NCBI RefSeq assembly: GCF_963921235.1
Contig: NC_086108.1
Location: 69,008,001-69,072,000 of the forward strand
DNA length: 64,000 nucleotides
Reading direction: 5' to 3'
Source of the DNA: Mobula hypostoma
Lineage: Eukaryota
Below, piece by piece: positions 37,385-52,327 of the stretch. Both the position numbers and the translations under genes were made by a program. Under the pieces are notes generated by a model. It was not told the origin of the DNA. It saw nothing but the letters and a program-made list of their open reading frames with translations, and ran no database searches. Every line of letters starts with the position of its first letter. Position 1 is the first letter of the stretch.

Positions 37385-37960
37385 AGTTCAAAGTAAAGTC
37401 ATTATCAAAGTACATATATGTCACCATATACAACCTCGAGATTCATTTTCTTGCAGGCATACTCAGTAAATCCATAATAGATGAATAACTTTAGTAGAAT
37501 CAGTGAAAGACCGCACCATCTTGGGCTTTCAACCAGTGTGCGAAAGACAACAAACTGTGCAAATACAAAAAGAAATATTGAGAAACTGAGTTGAAGCATC
37601 CTTGAAAGTGAGTCCATAGGTTGTGGGAACATTTCAACAATGGGGCAAGTGAAGTTATCCCCTCTGATTCAAGAGACTGTTGGTTAAGGGGCAATAGCTG
37701 TACCTGAACCTGGGGGTGAGAGTCCTGAGGCTCCTGTACCTTCTTGCTGATGGCAGCAGTGAAAAGAGAGCATGATCAGGGTAGTGGGGGTCCCTGATGA
37801 TGGATGCTGCTTTCCTGCAACAACGCTTCATGCAGATGTGCTCAGTGGTGGAAAGGGTTTTACCCATGAAGGTCTGGGCCATATCCGCTACTTTTTGTAG
37901 GATTATCTGTTCAAGGGCATTGGTGTTTCCAAACCAGGCTGTGATGCAACCAGGCACATT
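37385..37960 (-). mobile_element. Rex1/Babar-type LINE 3' fragment
   Basis: GCITAWFGN...LFSLLPSARRYRS plus the family 3' UTR. Confidence 0.8.
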
Positions 37961-38130
37961 ATCAGAAGTTTTTTTTAATTAATGAATAGGTTTCAGTCTG
38001 TACATCAATCTGTGCATGTAACCAGCCTTCTCTTGTAAGAGAATGGGTAATCAATGAGTTTCTGACAATCCATGTGAATGATAATGGCAACACGGTCAAT
38101 GACGTTTAACTATGTGAAGAATCTGACACG

Positions 38131-39118
38131 TAAACAACACACACAAAATGCTGGAGGAACTCAGCAAGCCAGGCAGCATCAATGGAAAAGAGTAGAGTTG
38201 ACGTTCTGGGGCGAGACCCTTCAGCAGAACTGGAGAAGGAAAAAGGAGGGGTAGAGTTAAAAGGTGGGGGGAGGGGAGAGAGAAACACAAGGTGATGGGT
38301 GAAACCGGGAGGGGGAGGGATGAAGTAAAGAACTGGGAAGTTGATTGGTGAGATACAGGGCTGGAAAAGGGGAAGTTTGGTAGGAGGGTACAGAAGGCCA
38401 TGGAAGAAAAAGGGGGGAGGAGCACCAGAAGGAGACAATGGGTAGGCAAGGAGTTAAGGTGAGAGAGGGAAAAGCGGAATGGGGAATGGTGAAGGGGAAG
38501 GTGACCATTACCAGAAGTTTGAGAAATCGATGTTCATGCCATGAGATTGGAGGCTATCCAGACAGAATTTAAACTGTTGTTCCTCCAACCTGAGTGTGGC
38601 CACATCATGACAGTGGAGGAAGCCATGGACAGATATATCGGAACAGGAATGGGAAGTGGAATTAAAATGGGTGGCCACTGGGAAATCCCATTTCTTCTTG
38701 TGGATGGAGTGTAGGTGCTCAGCAAAGCAGTCTCCCAATCTACAGCAGGTCTCACTGATATACAAGAGGCCACAATGGGAGCACCAGACGCAGTACATGA
38801 CCCCAAAAGACTCACAGATGAAGTGTCGCCTCATCTGGAAGGACTGTTTTGGGCCCTGAATAGTAATGAGGGAGGAGGTGTAGAGGCAGGTGTAGCACTT
38901 GTTTCGCTTGTAAGGGTAAGTGCCAGGAGGGAGTCAGTGGGGAGGGTTAAATGGTCAAGGGAGTCACGTAGGGAGCGATCCCTGTGGAAAGCAGAAAGTG
39001 GAGAGGAGGGAAAGATGTGCTTGGTGGTGAGATCCCATTGGAGATGGCGGAAGCTGCAGAGAATTCTGTGCTGGAGTTGCTTGGATTTCCAGCATCTGCA
39101 GATTTTCTCTTGTTTGTA
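38131..39118 (-). mobile_element. Penelope-like element, 5'-truncated, GIY-YIG endonuclease remnant
   Basis: ORF 38508-38834 reads CESFGVMYCVWCSHCGLLYISET...RL...EH...PVATHFN. A pLTR lies at 38131-38240 and an inverted pLTR stub at about 39076-39118. Confidence 0.85.
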
Positions 39119-39597
39119 ATTTGACATGTAAATTGATTGACGAATGTGGATGTAGAACCTGAGCTAGTAGGTGAATAAGTTGCTGTTTCCATTTGCCTTG
39201 ACCTACCATATGATGTCTTTTAAATTCTTGCAGGAATGAAACTAATTTCACAGGACATCACTTCTGGCACTAACTTTTTTGGCCACTGCCTCTCATTGGT
39301 ATTTCATTTCATCTTTTGGTGGCTTATAGACCCTAAGGGGATCAGGGTGAATCTCTTCCATTAAGATTTCCTACTCTTCTTCTGGAATGGGGTCAACAGA
39401 GAGCACATGGATTTTTTTATTCAATGTCTCATGTAAAAACTGACACCTCTGAAGACATGTTGCCGACTGAAATATCAGCATCAACTTTTTGAATGCTCTG
39501 AAGTAGGAGTGGGAATTGACTTCATTGTCTTTTGATCTGGGAGAAAGTGATATCAACAAAGCCTCAGCTAATACAATCTAAAGCTATACTACTGAAG

Positions 39598-40095
39598 ATA
39601 TATAGTAGAGAATATATTGGCTGGTTGCATCATGGCCTGGTATGGAAACTCTCATGTCTTTGGATAGAAATGCCTACAAAAAATAGAGGATACAGCCCAG
39701 TCCATCACAGGCAAAGCCCTCCCCACCAGTGGAATGCTGTCGCAGGAAAGCAGCATACATTATCAAGGACCCCCACCATCCAGGACAACCTCCTTTCTCA
39801 CTGCTGCCATCAGCAAGGAAGTAGAGGAGCCTCAGGACCCACGCCACCAGGATCAGGAACAGTTACAAACAGAAGGGACAACTTCACACAACTTCACTCG
39901 CCCCAACACTGAACTGCTCCCACAACCTATGGACTTAAATACAAGGACTCTTCATCGCAGGTTCTCAATATTTATTGGCTTTTATTTTTCATTTCTTTGC
40001 ATTTATTCTGAATGCGCGCAAGAAAATGAATCTCAGGATTGTATATGGTGACATATATGAACTTTGATGATAAATTTACACTGAATTTTGAACTT
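39598..40095 (+). mobile_element. Rex1/Babar-type LINE 3' fragment
   Basis: LAGCIMAWYGN remnant and the family tail gataaatttacactgaattttgaac. Confidence 0.75.
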
Positions 40096-40477
40096 CTGCC
40101 TCATCGAAAGATCCAAGCTTTAGAAGTTGGAATTATCATTAGGACATACCACCCTAAAGTATATGGGTGTACCTGCACCTTTAATACCCAGTTGAAATGA
40201 CTTTCAGTGAATTCTTACATTGCATTTAGTTGTGATGTTCACCAACAATGGGCTTGATTGTCCAGCCCAATGTCTGCCCCTTGACTCACCTTGCAGTTGC
40301 AGCTACCCACATCAGTTACATAAGAAACATTGATGATCCTGCTGAATTTCTAGTTGAGTTTAGCAGGCCAACTTTGTAGTGAACTCTGTGTCAGCATGTT
40401 GTTGATGTGTTACTTTCTTTATTTCAAAGATTATTGACAAGGAAACCATTATCAGTATTGGTTTATTAGTGTTACAC

Positions 40478-43400
40478 ATACAAACTAATTTGGCAGGGGG
40501 ATAGGAACCGAGGTGATAGAGCTGAGGACGAGGTTGTTGGTTTACAAACAGAGGCAGTGTGTAGTGAGACACCGAGCAGGAAGGAGCTGTTTGATAGGGC
40601 AAAATTGCAGTCAACAAGATGAGTTGCAATGCAAAGGCAGACAAAATTGAAAAGGGTGAAAACAGGACTGAAGGTGTTATATTTTAAAGTGCACAATATA
40701 CAGAATAAGGTAGCTGAACTTGTAGCACAGTTACAGACTGGCACGTATGATGTTGTAGGCATCACTGAATCATAGCTGGAAAAAAAGATTATAGCTGGGA
40801 GCTTAATACCCAAGGATACACAGTGTATTGAAAGGACAGGCTGCAGGAAGGCAGAGGGGGTGCCGTTGCTCTGTTGGTAAAAAATTGAAATCAAATCATT
40901 AGAAAGAGGTGACATAGGGCCAGAAGGTGTTAAATCAAACTGGATAGAGTTAAGTAACTGCAAGAGCAAAAAGACCTTGTTGGGAGTTATATACAGACCC
41001 CTAAATAGTAGTTAGGATGTGGTCTACAAATTACAATGGAAGATACAAAATGCATGCCAAAAGGGCAATGTTACAACAGTCTTGAGGGATTTCAATATCA
41101 GAATCAGAACTAGAATCAGATTTAATATCACTGGCATATGTCGTGAAATTTGTTAACTTTATGGAAGCAGTGAAATAAATGATAAATAAATATAGAGAAA
41201 AACTGAATTACATTGTTTTAAGTCTGTTATTTTACATTTATAAGTCTGTTAAATAGTTAAAATAAGTAGTGCAAAATAACAGAAACAAAGAAGTAGTGGG
41301 GTAGTGCTTAAGGGTTCAATGTCCATTCAGAAATCAAATATGCAGGTAGATTGGGAAAATCAGGTTGGTGCTGGATCCCAAGAGGGAGAACTTATAGAAT
41401 GCTTACAAGATGGCTTTTTAGAGCAACTCATGGTTGAGCTCACTAGGGGATCGGTTATTCTGGATTGGGTGTTGTGCAATGAACCTGAATTGTTTAGAGA
41501 ACTTAAGGATATATTCGATCATATTATGATCAAATTCACCCTGAAATTTGAAAAGGAGAAGCTAAAGTCAGGTGTATCAGTATTACAGTGGAGTAAAGGG
41601 AATTACAGAGGCTTGAGCAAGCAGTTGGCCAGAATTGATTGGAGAAGAACACTGGGATATTGGCAGAGCAGAAATGGCTGGAATTTCTGGAAGCAATTCG
41701 GAAGGCAGAGGATACATACATCCCAAAGATGAAGAAGCACTCTAAAGGCAAGATGACACAACTGTGGCTAACAAGGTAAGTCAAAGTCAACATAAAAGCA
41801 AAGAGAGGGTATGTAATAAAGCAAAAATTAGCGAAAAGTTAGAGGATTGGGAAGCTTTTAAAAATCAACAGAAGGTAACAAAAAAAGTCTTCAAGAAGGT
41901 AAAGAAGGAATACAAAAGTAAGCTAGCCAATAATATTAAAGAGGATACCAAAAGTTTCTTCAGATAGTTGAAGCATAAAAGAGGGGCAAAAGTGAATATT
42001 GGTTAGCAGGAAAATGTTGTTGGAGAGGTAGTAATGGGGGACAACGAAATGGCAGATGAACTGAAGAAGTATTTTGCATCAGTTTTCTCTGTAGAAGACA
42101 CTAGCAGTATGTCAGAAGTTTGATAGTGTCAGCAGGCAGAAGTGTGTGAAGTTGCTATTACAAGGGAGAAGGTCCTTGGGAAACTGAAAGGTCTGATGGT
42201 AAATAAGTCACCTGAACCAGATGGTTCTGAAAGAGGTGACTGAAGAGATTGTGGAGGCATTAGTAATGATTTCTGAGAAACATTAGAGAGGCTGTACTTG
42301 ATCTGGTATGAGGAAATGAACCTGGTCAACTGTCAGATCTCTCAGTGGGAGAGCATTTTGGAGGTAGTGATCAGAACTCTCTCTCCTTTACCATAGTGCT
42401 GGAGAGGGATAGGAGAAGGCAATTTGGGAAAATGTTTAATTGAGGTGGAGGGAAATTTATGCTATTAGTCAGAAGCTTGGGAGCAGATGTTCTCAGGGAA
42501 ATGTGAGGCAGAAATGTGGCAAATGTTCAAGGAATTCTGCATAGGCATGTTCCATTGAGGCAGGGAAAGGATGGTTGGGTAAAAGAATCATGGTGTACAA
42601 AGGATGTAGAAAATCTAGTTAAGAAGAAAAGAAAAGCTTATGAAAGGTTTAAGAAATTAGGTACTATTAGAGCATAGTTAGAAAATTACAAGGTTGCCAG
42701 GAAGGACCTTAGGAATGAAATTAGGAGAGCTGGAATGGGCCATGAGAAGCTTTGGGGAGCGGGATTAAGGAAAAGCCCAAGGCATTCTACAGATATGTGA
42801 AGAGCAAGAGGATGATCCATATGAGAATAGGACGAATCAGGTGCAATAGTAGAATCATGTGCATGGTGCTGGAGGAAGAAGTGGAAGTACTTAATGAATA
42901 CTTTACTTCAGTATTCACCAGGGCAAAAGACCTTGGCAATTGTGGGGATGACTTACAGTGGACTGAAACACTTGAGCATATAGACATTAAGAAAGAGGAT
43001 GTACTGGAGCTTTGGAAAAGCATTAAGTTAGATAAGTCACTGGGTCTGGATAAGATATACCCCAGTCAACTGTGGAAAGTGAGGGAGGAGATTGCTGAGC
43101 CTCTGGCTATGATCTTTGCAACATCAATAGAGACAGGAGAAGTACCAGAGGATTGGAGAGTTGCAGATGTTGTTCCCCTGTTCAAGAAAAGGAGTAGAGA
43201 TAAACCAAGAAATTATAGACCAGTGAATCTTTCTTCAGTGGTGGACATGTTGTTGGAGAAGATCCTGAGAAGCAGGACTTATGAGCATTTGGAGAGACAT
43301 AATCTGATTAAGGATAGTCAGCATGGCTTTGTTGAAGGCAGGTCATGCCTTATGAACCTGAATGAATTCTTTGAGGATGTAACAAAACACATTGATGTAG

Positions 43401-45787
43401 TAGATGTAGTGTACATGGATTTCAGTAAGGCATTTGATAAGGTTCCCCATTCAAGGCTCATTCAGAAGGTAAGGAGGTATGGGATCCAAGGAGACATTGC
43501 TTTATGGATCCAGAATTGGCTTGCCCACAGAAGGCAAAGGGTGGTTGTAGATGGTTCGTATTCTGCATGGAGGTTGGTGAACAGTAGTGTTCCGCAGGGA
43601 TCTGTTCTGGGACCCCTCCTCTTTGTGATTTTTATAAATGACCTGGATGAGGAAGTAGAAGGGTGGGTTAATAAGTTTACTGATGATCATAAAAATTGGC
43701 AGTGTTGTGGATAGTCTGGAGAGTTGTCAGAGGTTACAGCAGGACATCGATAGGATGTAGCAATGGGCTGAGAAGTCGCAGATGGAGTTCATCCCAGATA
43801 AGAGAGAAGTGGTTCATTTGGCAGGTCAAATTTGAAGACAGAATATAACATTAATGGTCAGACTCTTGGCAGTGTGGAGGATCAGAGAGATCTTGGGTTC
43901 TGTGTCCATAGGACACTCAAAGCTGCTGAGCAGGTTAACAGTGTTGTTAAGAAGGCATATGGTGTGCTGGTCTTCATCAATTGTGGAATTGAGTTTAAGA
44001 ACCATGAGGTAATATTACAGCTATCTATATAAGAGCAACGGAGGATGAGAGGTGATCTGATAGAGGTGAATAAGATGATGAGAGGCATAGATCATGTAGA
44101 TAGCCAGAGGTTTTTTTTTCCCAGGGCTGATATAGCTAACACGAGGGGGCATAGTTTTAAGGTGCTTGTAAGTAGGTATGGGGGGATGTCACAGGTAAGT
44201 TTTTCACACAGAGAGTGGTGGGTGCGTGGAATGCACTGCCAGTGATGGTAGTAGAGTCAGATACAATAGGATCTTTTAAGAGACTGTAGATAAGTACATG
44301 GAGCTTGGAAAATAGAGTCCTATGTGTCAGGAAATTCTAAGCAGTTCCTGGTGTAGGTTACATGGTCAGCACAACATTGTGGGCCAAAGGGCCTATAATG
44401 TGCTGTAGATTTTGATGTTCTACATTCTATCCTGGAATGGTTCAAGAAAACTGGAAAATTGCAAATGTCGCTCCACTCTTCAAGAAGGGAAAGGCAGAAG
44501 AAAGGAAACTATAGGCCAGTTAATCTGACCTCAGTGGTTGGGTAAATGTTGCAGTCAATTATTAGGGATGAGGTCTCAGGGTACTTATTGGCACATGATA
44601 AAATAGTCCGTAATCAGTATGGTTTCCTCAAGGGAAAATCTTCCCTGACAAAATTTGTTGGAAAACTTTGAAGAAATAACAAGCAAGATAGACAAAGGAG
44701 AATCAGTTGATGTTGTGTACTCGGACTTTCAGAACGCTTTTGGCTAGGTGCCACACATGAGGCTGCTTAATATGTTACGTTCCAATGGTATTACAGGAAA
44801 GATTCAAGCATGGATGAAGCAGTGGCTGATTGGCAGGAGGCAATAAAGGGAATAAAGGGAGTCTTTTCTGGATTGCTGCTGGTGACTAGTGATGGTCCAG
44901 AGGGATCTGTATTGATACCGATTCTTTTTATGTTATACGTCAATCATTTGGATGATGGAATTGATGGCTTTGTTGCAAAGTTTGCAGATGATACGAAGAT
45001 AGGTGGAGGGCTAGGTAGTTTTGAGAAAATAGGAGGGCTACAGAAAGACTTACAACACATTGGGAGAATGGGCAAAGAAGTGGCAGTGGGAATACAGCAT
45101 TGGGTCATGCACTCTGGTAGAAGAAATGAAAGGGTTAAATATTTTCTAAATGGAGAGAAAATACAAAAAACTGAGGCACAAAAGACTTGAGAGATGTTGT
45201 GAAGGATTACCTAAAGGTTAATTTACTGGTTGAGTTTGTGGTGAGGAAGGCAAATGCAATGTTGGCATTCATTTCAAGAGGACTACAATATAAAAGCAAG
45301 GATATCATGCTTAAGTCCTCATTTGGAGTATTTTGAGCAGTTTTGGGCCGCTTATCTTAGAAAGGATGTGCTGAAACTGGAGAGGGTTCTAAGGAGGTTC
45401 ACAAAAATGATTCCAGGATTGAATGGCTTGTCATATGAAGAATGCTTGATGGCTCTGGGCCTTTATTCACTGGAATTCAGAAGAATGAGGGGTGACCTAA
45501 TTTAAACTTAACAAATGGTGAAAGGTCTTGATAGAGTGGATGTGAAGCGAATGTTTCCTTTGGTGGAAGAGTCTTAAGACCAGAGGACACAGCCTCAGAA
45601 TGGAGGGGCGTCCTTTCAGAACAGAGATGAGGAGGAATTTCTTTATCCAGAGTGGTGAATCTATGGGAGCTGTGGAGGCCAAGTCTTATATATATTTAAG
45701 GCAGAGGTCAATACATTCATGATGAAATGGAGGAGCAGACTCGATGGGCCAAATGGCCTAATTCTGCTCCTATGTCTTCTGGTCTTC
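40478..45787 (+). mobile_element. CR1 LINE, decayed, containing a short Rex1-tail insertion (about 41097-41335) and a nested CR1
   Basis: Endonuclease motifs (VVGITE, GVIYRP). The ORF breaks at EIVEALVMI (about 42273) and resumes at GMV...WKIANV (about 44431); the tail is at about 45785. Confidence 0.8.
42275..44430 (+). mobile_element. CR1 LINE of a second subfamily, nested in the CR1 above
   Basis: ORF 42752-43714 ([28 protein letters not shown]) resembles the 33178-35640 subfamily and has its own tail gatgttctacattctat. Confidence 0.8.
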
Positions 45788-46359
45788 TGCCAAGATACAG
45801 TGAAAATTTTGTTTCGCAAACTGCTTATCCAGATCAAACCATTACACAGTGCATTGAGGTAGAACAAGGTAAAGCAACAAGAATGCAGAATGAAGTGTAA
45901 AAGCTATAGAGAAAGTGCAGTGCAGATAAAAAATAAAGTACACTATCATAACAAGATACATCATGAGGTCAAGTGTCCATCTTATTTTACAAGAGGTCTA
46001 TTCAAGGGTCAGATAACAGTAGGTTCGAAGCTGTCCTTGAGCCTGGTGGTTCATCCTTTCAGGCTTTTATATCTTCTGCCTTATGAGAGAGGGTAGAAGT
46101 GAGAACATCTGGGGTGTGTGAGGTCTTTGATTACCCTGACAGCTTTACTGAATCAGTGAGAAGTATAGACAGAAACCAACTGGCTTCTGTGATGTGTTGA
46201 GTTGTGTCCATAACTCTATACAGTTTCTTGCGGTCATATGCAGTGCAGTTGCCATACCAAGCTATTGTGCACTCAACCTAGTGGAGTACCACTGATTAGA
46301 AAAAGTTGCTGCCTATCATTATTAATTATATAATACTATACCAGCATATAGGCAGAGAC

Positions 46360-48175
46360 CAAAGTCCGTAGCACCAGTGGTGAGGACCAAGAAGGTATGT
46401 TCAAGGAAGGTGTAGAAGCGCTTACAGGACTGCTTTGAGTTGGTGGACTGCACAATATTCAAGGATTCATCTTCAAGTCTGAATGAATGCACCATAGTTG
46501 TCATCGACTTCATCAAGACCTTTGCGTGCCTTCAGGAACATACTGGACGTACCCAAACCAAAAGTCATTGGGTGAACCAAGAGATTCATAGTCTACTGAG
46601 CACTTTATCTTGGCATTCAAGACCAGTGATGCTGAACTACACAAGAAGTCCAGGTACGATCTATGGAAGGCTATTTTAAGGGTGAAAAAACAATTCCGAT
46701 TGAGCTCAGAGATGGAATCAGATGCACGTTAGCTCTGGCAGGGTTTACAGGCCTTACATCCTACAAAGCAAAACCTAATATTGTGAATGGCTGTGAGGCT
46801 TCAGTCCCAGATGAGTTCAACACCTTTTATGCATGCTTTAAAAGGGAGAATAAAACTACACTTGTGAAAATCTCTGCAGCATCTGATGACCCTGTGACCT
46901 CTGTCTCAGAGGCTGATGTCAGAACATTTTTCAAGAGGATGAACCCTCACAAGGTGTCAGATCCTGATGGTGTACCTGGTAGGGCTCTGAAAACCTGTGC
47001 AAACCAACTGGCAGGACTGGTCAGTACTGTACTACTCACTTCTACTGTGATAAAGTGCTTTGTTAGGTTGGTTATGGCTGGAATCAACTCCTGCAAGGAC
47101 CTGGACCACAGCAGTTTGCCTATCACCACAATAGATCTACAGCGGATGCAATCTCATAAGCTCTCCACTTGGCCTTGGATCACCTGGATAATAGTAATAT
47201 TTATGTCAGTCTGCAGTTTATTGATTACAGCTCAGTGTTCAACATAATCATGCCCTCAGTTCTAATTAACAAGTTCCAAAACATTAGATTATGTACCTTG
47301 ACTTCCTCACCAGGAGATCACAATCTGTGAGGATCAGAAATAACATCTCCTCCTCACTGACAGTTAACACTAAGCGCACCTGAAGCCCACTGCTCTACTC
47401 TCTCTACAATTGTGACCATGTAAGGCTAGGAACAGTTCAAATGCCATCTATAAATTTGCCTATGACACAGCTATTGTTGTCAGAGTTTCAGATAGTGACG
47501 AGGAGGCGTACAGGAGCAAGATAGATCAGCTAGATGAGTGGTGTTATAGCAACAATCTGCATGCAACATCAGTAATACCAAGAAATTGATTGTGGACTTC
47601 AGATACAGGAAGTTGAGGAAACACACACCAGTCCTCATCGAGGGATAAGAAGTGGAATGGGCGGGCAGTTTCAAGTTTCTGGGTGTCAACATCTCTGAGG
47701 ATCTATCCTGGGCCCAACATATTGATGCAATTACAAAGAAAGCACGGCAGCAGCTATATTTCATTAGGAGCTTGAGGAGAATTGGTATGTCACTAAAGAC
47801 ACTCGCAGATTGCTATAGATGTACCGTGGAGGGCAATCTAACTGGTTGCATCACCATCTGGTATGGAGGGGCCGCTGCACAGGATCGAACAAAGTTGCAG
47901 AAAGTGGTAAACTCAGCCAGCTCCATCATGGGCACTCGTCTCTCCTACATCCAGGACTCCTTCAAAAGATGATGCCTCAGAAAGGCAGCATCCATCATTA
48001 AGGAACCCCATCAACCAGGGCACGCCCTTTACTCATTGCTACCATCAAGGAGGAGGTGCAGGAGCCTGAAGATACACACTCAATGTTTCAGTAACACCTT
48101 CTTCCCCTCTGCCATCAAATTTCTGAATGGACAATGAACCCATGAGCACAACCTCAGTATTTTCCCTCTCTTTTT
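46360..48175 (+). mobile_element. Rex1/Babar-type LINE, decayed
   Basis: PDGVPGRALKTCANQLAG, FKFLGVNISEDLSW and GCITIWYG motifs. A further minus-strand fragment lies at about 45790-46270. Confidence 0.82.
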
Positions 48176-48199
48176 ACTCTACTTATATAAAGTTGGAAA

Positions 48200-51100
48200 G
48201 GCATCAAGAAATTGATAGTAAGGGACACAGATAAGCATTTCTTTGGCCACAATTGAGACTTCAGGATGGTGTATTGCCTCCCTGTGGCCAAGATCAAGGA
48301 TGTCCCTCAGCAGATACAGGACATTCTGAGAGGGGAGGGTGACCAGCCAGAGGTTGTGGTCCACGTAGGTACCAATGACAGAAGCAAGAGCAGAGATAGG
48401 GTCCTGCAAAGTGATCTTAGGGAGCTAGGTAGAAAGTTAAAAAGCAGGACTTCCAGGATTAATACCCATGCAATGTGGTAATGGGGTGAAAAATGGAAAC
48501 ACAGTACAGTTTTATATGTGGCTAAAGAAATGGTGCAGGAGAGAGGGCTTTAGATTTATGGATCATTGGGCTCTCTTCAAGGGTAGGTGGGGCCAGTTAA
48601 AAACAAGATGGTTTGCCTCTAAACTAGAAGGGCTCCAATATCCTCCGGAAGTTTGCTAGTGCTACTCAGGATGATGTGAAAGAGCAGAAGGATAGGAACC
48701 ACAGCAGCAGGACAACAGATGGCAGAGATAAGGGCAATCATATCAGAACTGATGTAACTAGTAGAATGGATAGGGGAGAACCAGTGGATGTGGTATATTT
48801 GGATTTTCAAAAGGCTTTTGACAAGGTCCCACACAGGAGATTAGTGTGCAAACTTAAAGTACATGGTATTGGGGGTATGGTATTGATGTGGATAGAGAAT
48901 TGGTTGGCAGACAGGAAGCAAAGAGTGGGAATAAATGGGACCTTTTCAGAATGGCAGACAGTGACTAGTGGGGTACCGCAAGGTTCAGTGCTGGGACCCC
49001 AGTTGTTTACAATATATATTAATGACTTAGATGAGGGAATTAAATGCAGCATCTCCAAGTTTGCGGATGACACGAAGCTGGGCGGCAGTGTTAGCTGTGA
49101 GGAGGATGTTAAGAGGATGCAGGGTGACTTAGATAGGTTAGGTGAGTGGGCAAATTCACGGCAGATGCAACTTAATGTGGATAAATGTGAGGTTATCCAC
49201 TTTGGTGGCAAGAACAGGAAAACAGATTATTATCTGAATGGTGGCCGATTAGGAAAAGGGGAGGTGCAACGAGACCTGGGTGTCATTATACACCAGTCAT
49301 TGAAAGTGGGTATGCAGGTACAGCAGGCGGTGAAAAAGGCGAATGGTATGCTGGCATTCATAGCAAGAGGATTCGAGTACAGGAGCAGGGAGGTACTACT
49401 GCAGTGGTACAAGGCCTTGGTGAGACCACACCTGGAGTATTGTATGCAGTTTTGGTCCCCTAATCTGAGGAAAGACTCCATAGAGGGAGTACAAAGAAGG
49501 TTCACCAGATTGATTCCTGGGATGGCAGAACTTTCATACGATGAAAGACTGGATCGACTAGGCTTATACTCGTTGGAATTTAGAAGATTGAGGGGGGATC
49601 TTATTGAAACATATAAAATCCAAAAGGGATTGGACAGACTAGATGCAGGAAGATTGTTCCCGATGTTGGGGAAGTCCAGAATGAGGGGTCACAGTTTGAG
49701 GATAAAGGGGAAGCTTTTTAGGACTGAGATTAGGGAAAACTTCTTCACACAGAGAGTGGTGAATCTGTGGAATTCTCTGCCACAGGAAATAGTTGAGGCC
49801 AGTTCATTTGGCTATATTTAAGAGGGAATTAGATATGGCCCTTGTGGCTAAAGGGATCAGAGGTATGGAGGGAAGGCTGGTACAGGGTTCTGAGTTGGAT
49901 GATCAGCCATGATCATACTGAATGGCGGTGCAGGCTCGAAGGGCCGAATGGCCTACTCCTGAACCTATTTTCTATGTTTCTATGTAACTCCATACACCAA
50001 TCCTGGCCCTAAGTAATGGCAAGACTGAAAGGAAGGACAACAAAATACAATCTAATAAACACGGTGGAAGTGATAAGCTGAAATGTGTTTATTTCAATGC
50101 TACAAGTATTATGGGAGAGGAAGATGAACCTAGAGCCTGGATCAATATATGCAATTCTGATGTTATTGCAATTACAGGGACTGGTTGCATGAGGGACAAG
50201 ACTGGCAACTCAGTGCTCCTGGATTTTGTTGTTTTAGATGTGATAGAGAGGGGTGTAAAAGAGGTGGGTAGGTTGCATCACTGATGGGGAGAATGTTACA
50301 GCAGTACTCAGAGAACATAATAGAGGGCTCATTCACAGAGGCAATTTGGTTGGAGCTCAAACATAATTAGTTTGTGCTATAGACCTCTAAGTAGCCATCT
50401 AAAGCTGGAGGAACATTTATGTAGACAGATTATGGAAAGGTGCAGAAACAACAGGATTGTCATAGTGGGGGATTATAATTTCCACAGTATTGATTGGAAC
50501 TTCCTTAACACAAGACGCTTAGATGGGTGGGATTTCTTCAGTGCATCAACAGGGGTTCTTGAAACAGTGTATGGAAAGACCAACTACAAGAGAGAACATG
50601 CTTCGGGAAATCAGCCAGACCCCGTGACAAACCTGATAATGAGTGAACATTTTGGTAATACTGAATACAAATCACTATGTTTTAATGTACTTATAAGTAC
50701 AATGTTATCCAAGGATAACATTGGATCTAGTGCAAATTGGAGAGTGCAAATTATGACAAGATAAGACAGAAGCTAAGGGGCATTGACTGGAAGCAGCTGT
50801 TGTCAGACAAGTCCATGTCTGGCATGTGGGAGTTGTTTAAATACCATCTGAGTAGCGCTCAGGGTTGCGTGTTCCGGTAAGGAGTATGGACAAGGATGTT
50901 AAGGTAAGGGAATCTTGGATGACCTGACAGCACCTAGATTTTATCAGGATGTAAAAGCATGCATGTGTAAAGTTTAGGAAGCTAAGATCAGACTGCGCCC
51001 TTGTGGAATATAAAGATAGCAGAAAGGTGCTCAAGCAGTAATCAGGAGTGAAATGTCCTTGGCAAACAGGATCAAGAGAAGTCACAGGTATTTTATATAC

Positions 51101-52075
51101 TTAAATTAAGAAAAAAAGAGTAACTAAGTAGAGGGTAGGTCCATGCAAAGAAAAATGCTGAAATTTGTGCTTGGAGTCAGAGCAGGTGCTGAGGTGCCTA
51201 ATGAGTACTTTGCATCAGTTTTACCTAGGAGGAGGATTTAGAAGATGGTCAAACATGATAATCTTCTGGGATATTTTGAGATTGAGGAGGAGGTAGTGCT
51301 GGTCTTCTAAAAAGCTTGAAGATGATAAAGTCTCCAGGGCCTGATTGTATATGTGCCAGAATATTGAAAGAAGCAGGTAAGGAGATTGTTGAGATATTGA
51401 CAAAGATCTTTGTGTCCTCACAAGCAAAAGGTAATGTCCTGGGAGGCCGGAGAATAGTAAATGTTGTGCCTTTGTTCAAGGAGGGAAATAAGGGTAATAC
51501 ATGTAACTATATGCCAGTGATCCTCACATTAGTGTTAAAGAAGCTGTTGGAGAAGATGTTTAGGGATTGACATTATGCACATTTGAAAAGGCAAAGCCTG
51601 CTGAGGGACAGTAAACACGGCTGTGTGTGGGGCAGGTCATGTCTTACGAACTTGATTGAGTATTTTAAGGAGCTGCTGAAGATCATCAATGAAGGTAGAA
51701 TAGTAGATGTTGTCTACACAGAGTTCTGTGAGCTGTTTGAAGAGGTTTCTCATGGTATGAAAGAGCAGACAATCGGAATCTTTTTTTAGGGTAGAAATGT
51801 GTCAGGTTAGAGAGGGATAGGTTAACACCGATGTGAGGGACAAGCTTTTTATGCAGAGAATGGTAGTTACTCGGAATGGGTTACCAAGGGTCATAGTGGA
51901 ATCAGGTAGTTTGGCAGAGTTGGAAAGGTTTTTAGATAGACACGTGAATATGAAGAGAATAGAGGGATCTGAATGCTACACAGGAAGAGAACATTTGTTA
52001 TAAACTGGCATCAAGATTGTACAATGTTATGGGCCAAATAGCCTGACCAGTGGTGTACTGTTCTATGTTCTATGC
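48200..52075 (+). mobile_element. Old CR1 with an ORF1 esterase remnant, interrupted by a younger CR1
   Basis: VVVHVGTND SGNH-like motif at about 48355; ORF2 remnants CVYFNA, IVGDYNF, KSPGPD and GRSCLTNL from 50085 on. Confidence 0.72.
48751..49983 (+). mobile_element. Younger CR1 3' fragment
   Basis: Open RT frame DVTSRMD...FADDTKLGG...RPHLEYC to 49821, a CTATGTTT tail, and ATGTAACT repeated at both junctions (48752-48759, 49982-49989). Confidence 0.9.
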
Positions 52076-52327
52076 TCTTTAGTCTACAGCTAACAGACTC
52101 ACTCGGGAATACCAGCTACAACTCTAAATTGGTAAACTGGTTTATTGCTGTCACGTGTACCATGATACAGTGAAAAACAGGTTTCCATCCCATTCACACT
52201 GATCAATTCAATAGAACAGTGCATTGAGGCTAGTTGTAGCAGAATGAACATAAGCTATGACAAACTGGTAGCCACTTTTACACTCTCTGAGAAGGCAAAA
52301 GAAGATTGGAAACAGATTACAGTAATG

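Noticed and set aside
38190..38232. Active hammerheads in the older Penelope copies (here and at about 18510-18672 and 26350)
   Set aside because: Core positions are mutated (CTGCTGA or CTGGTGA, or GAAA is lost).
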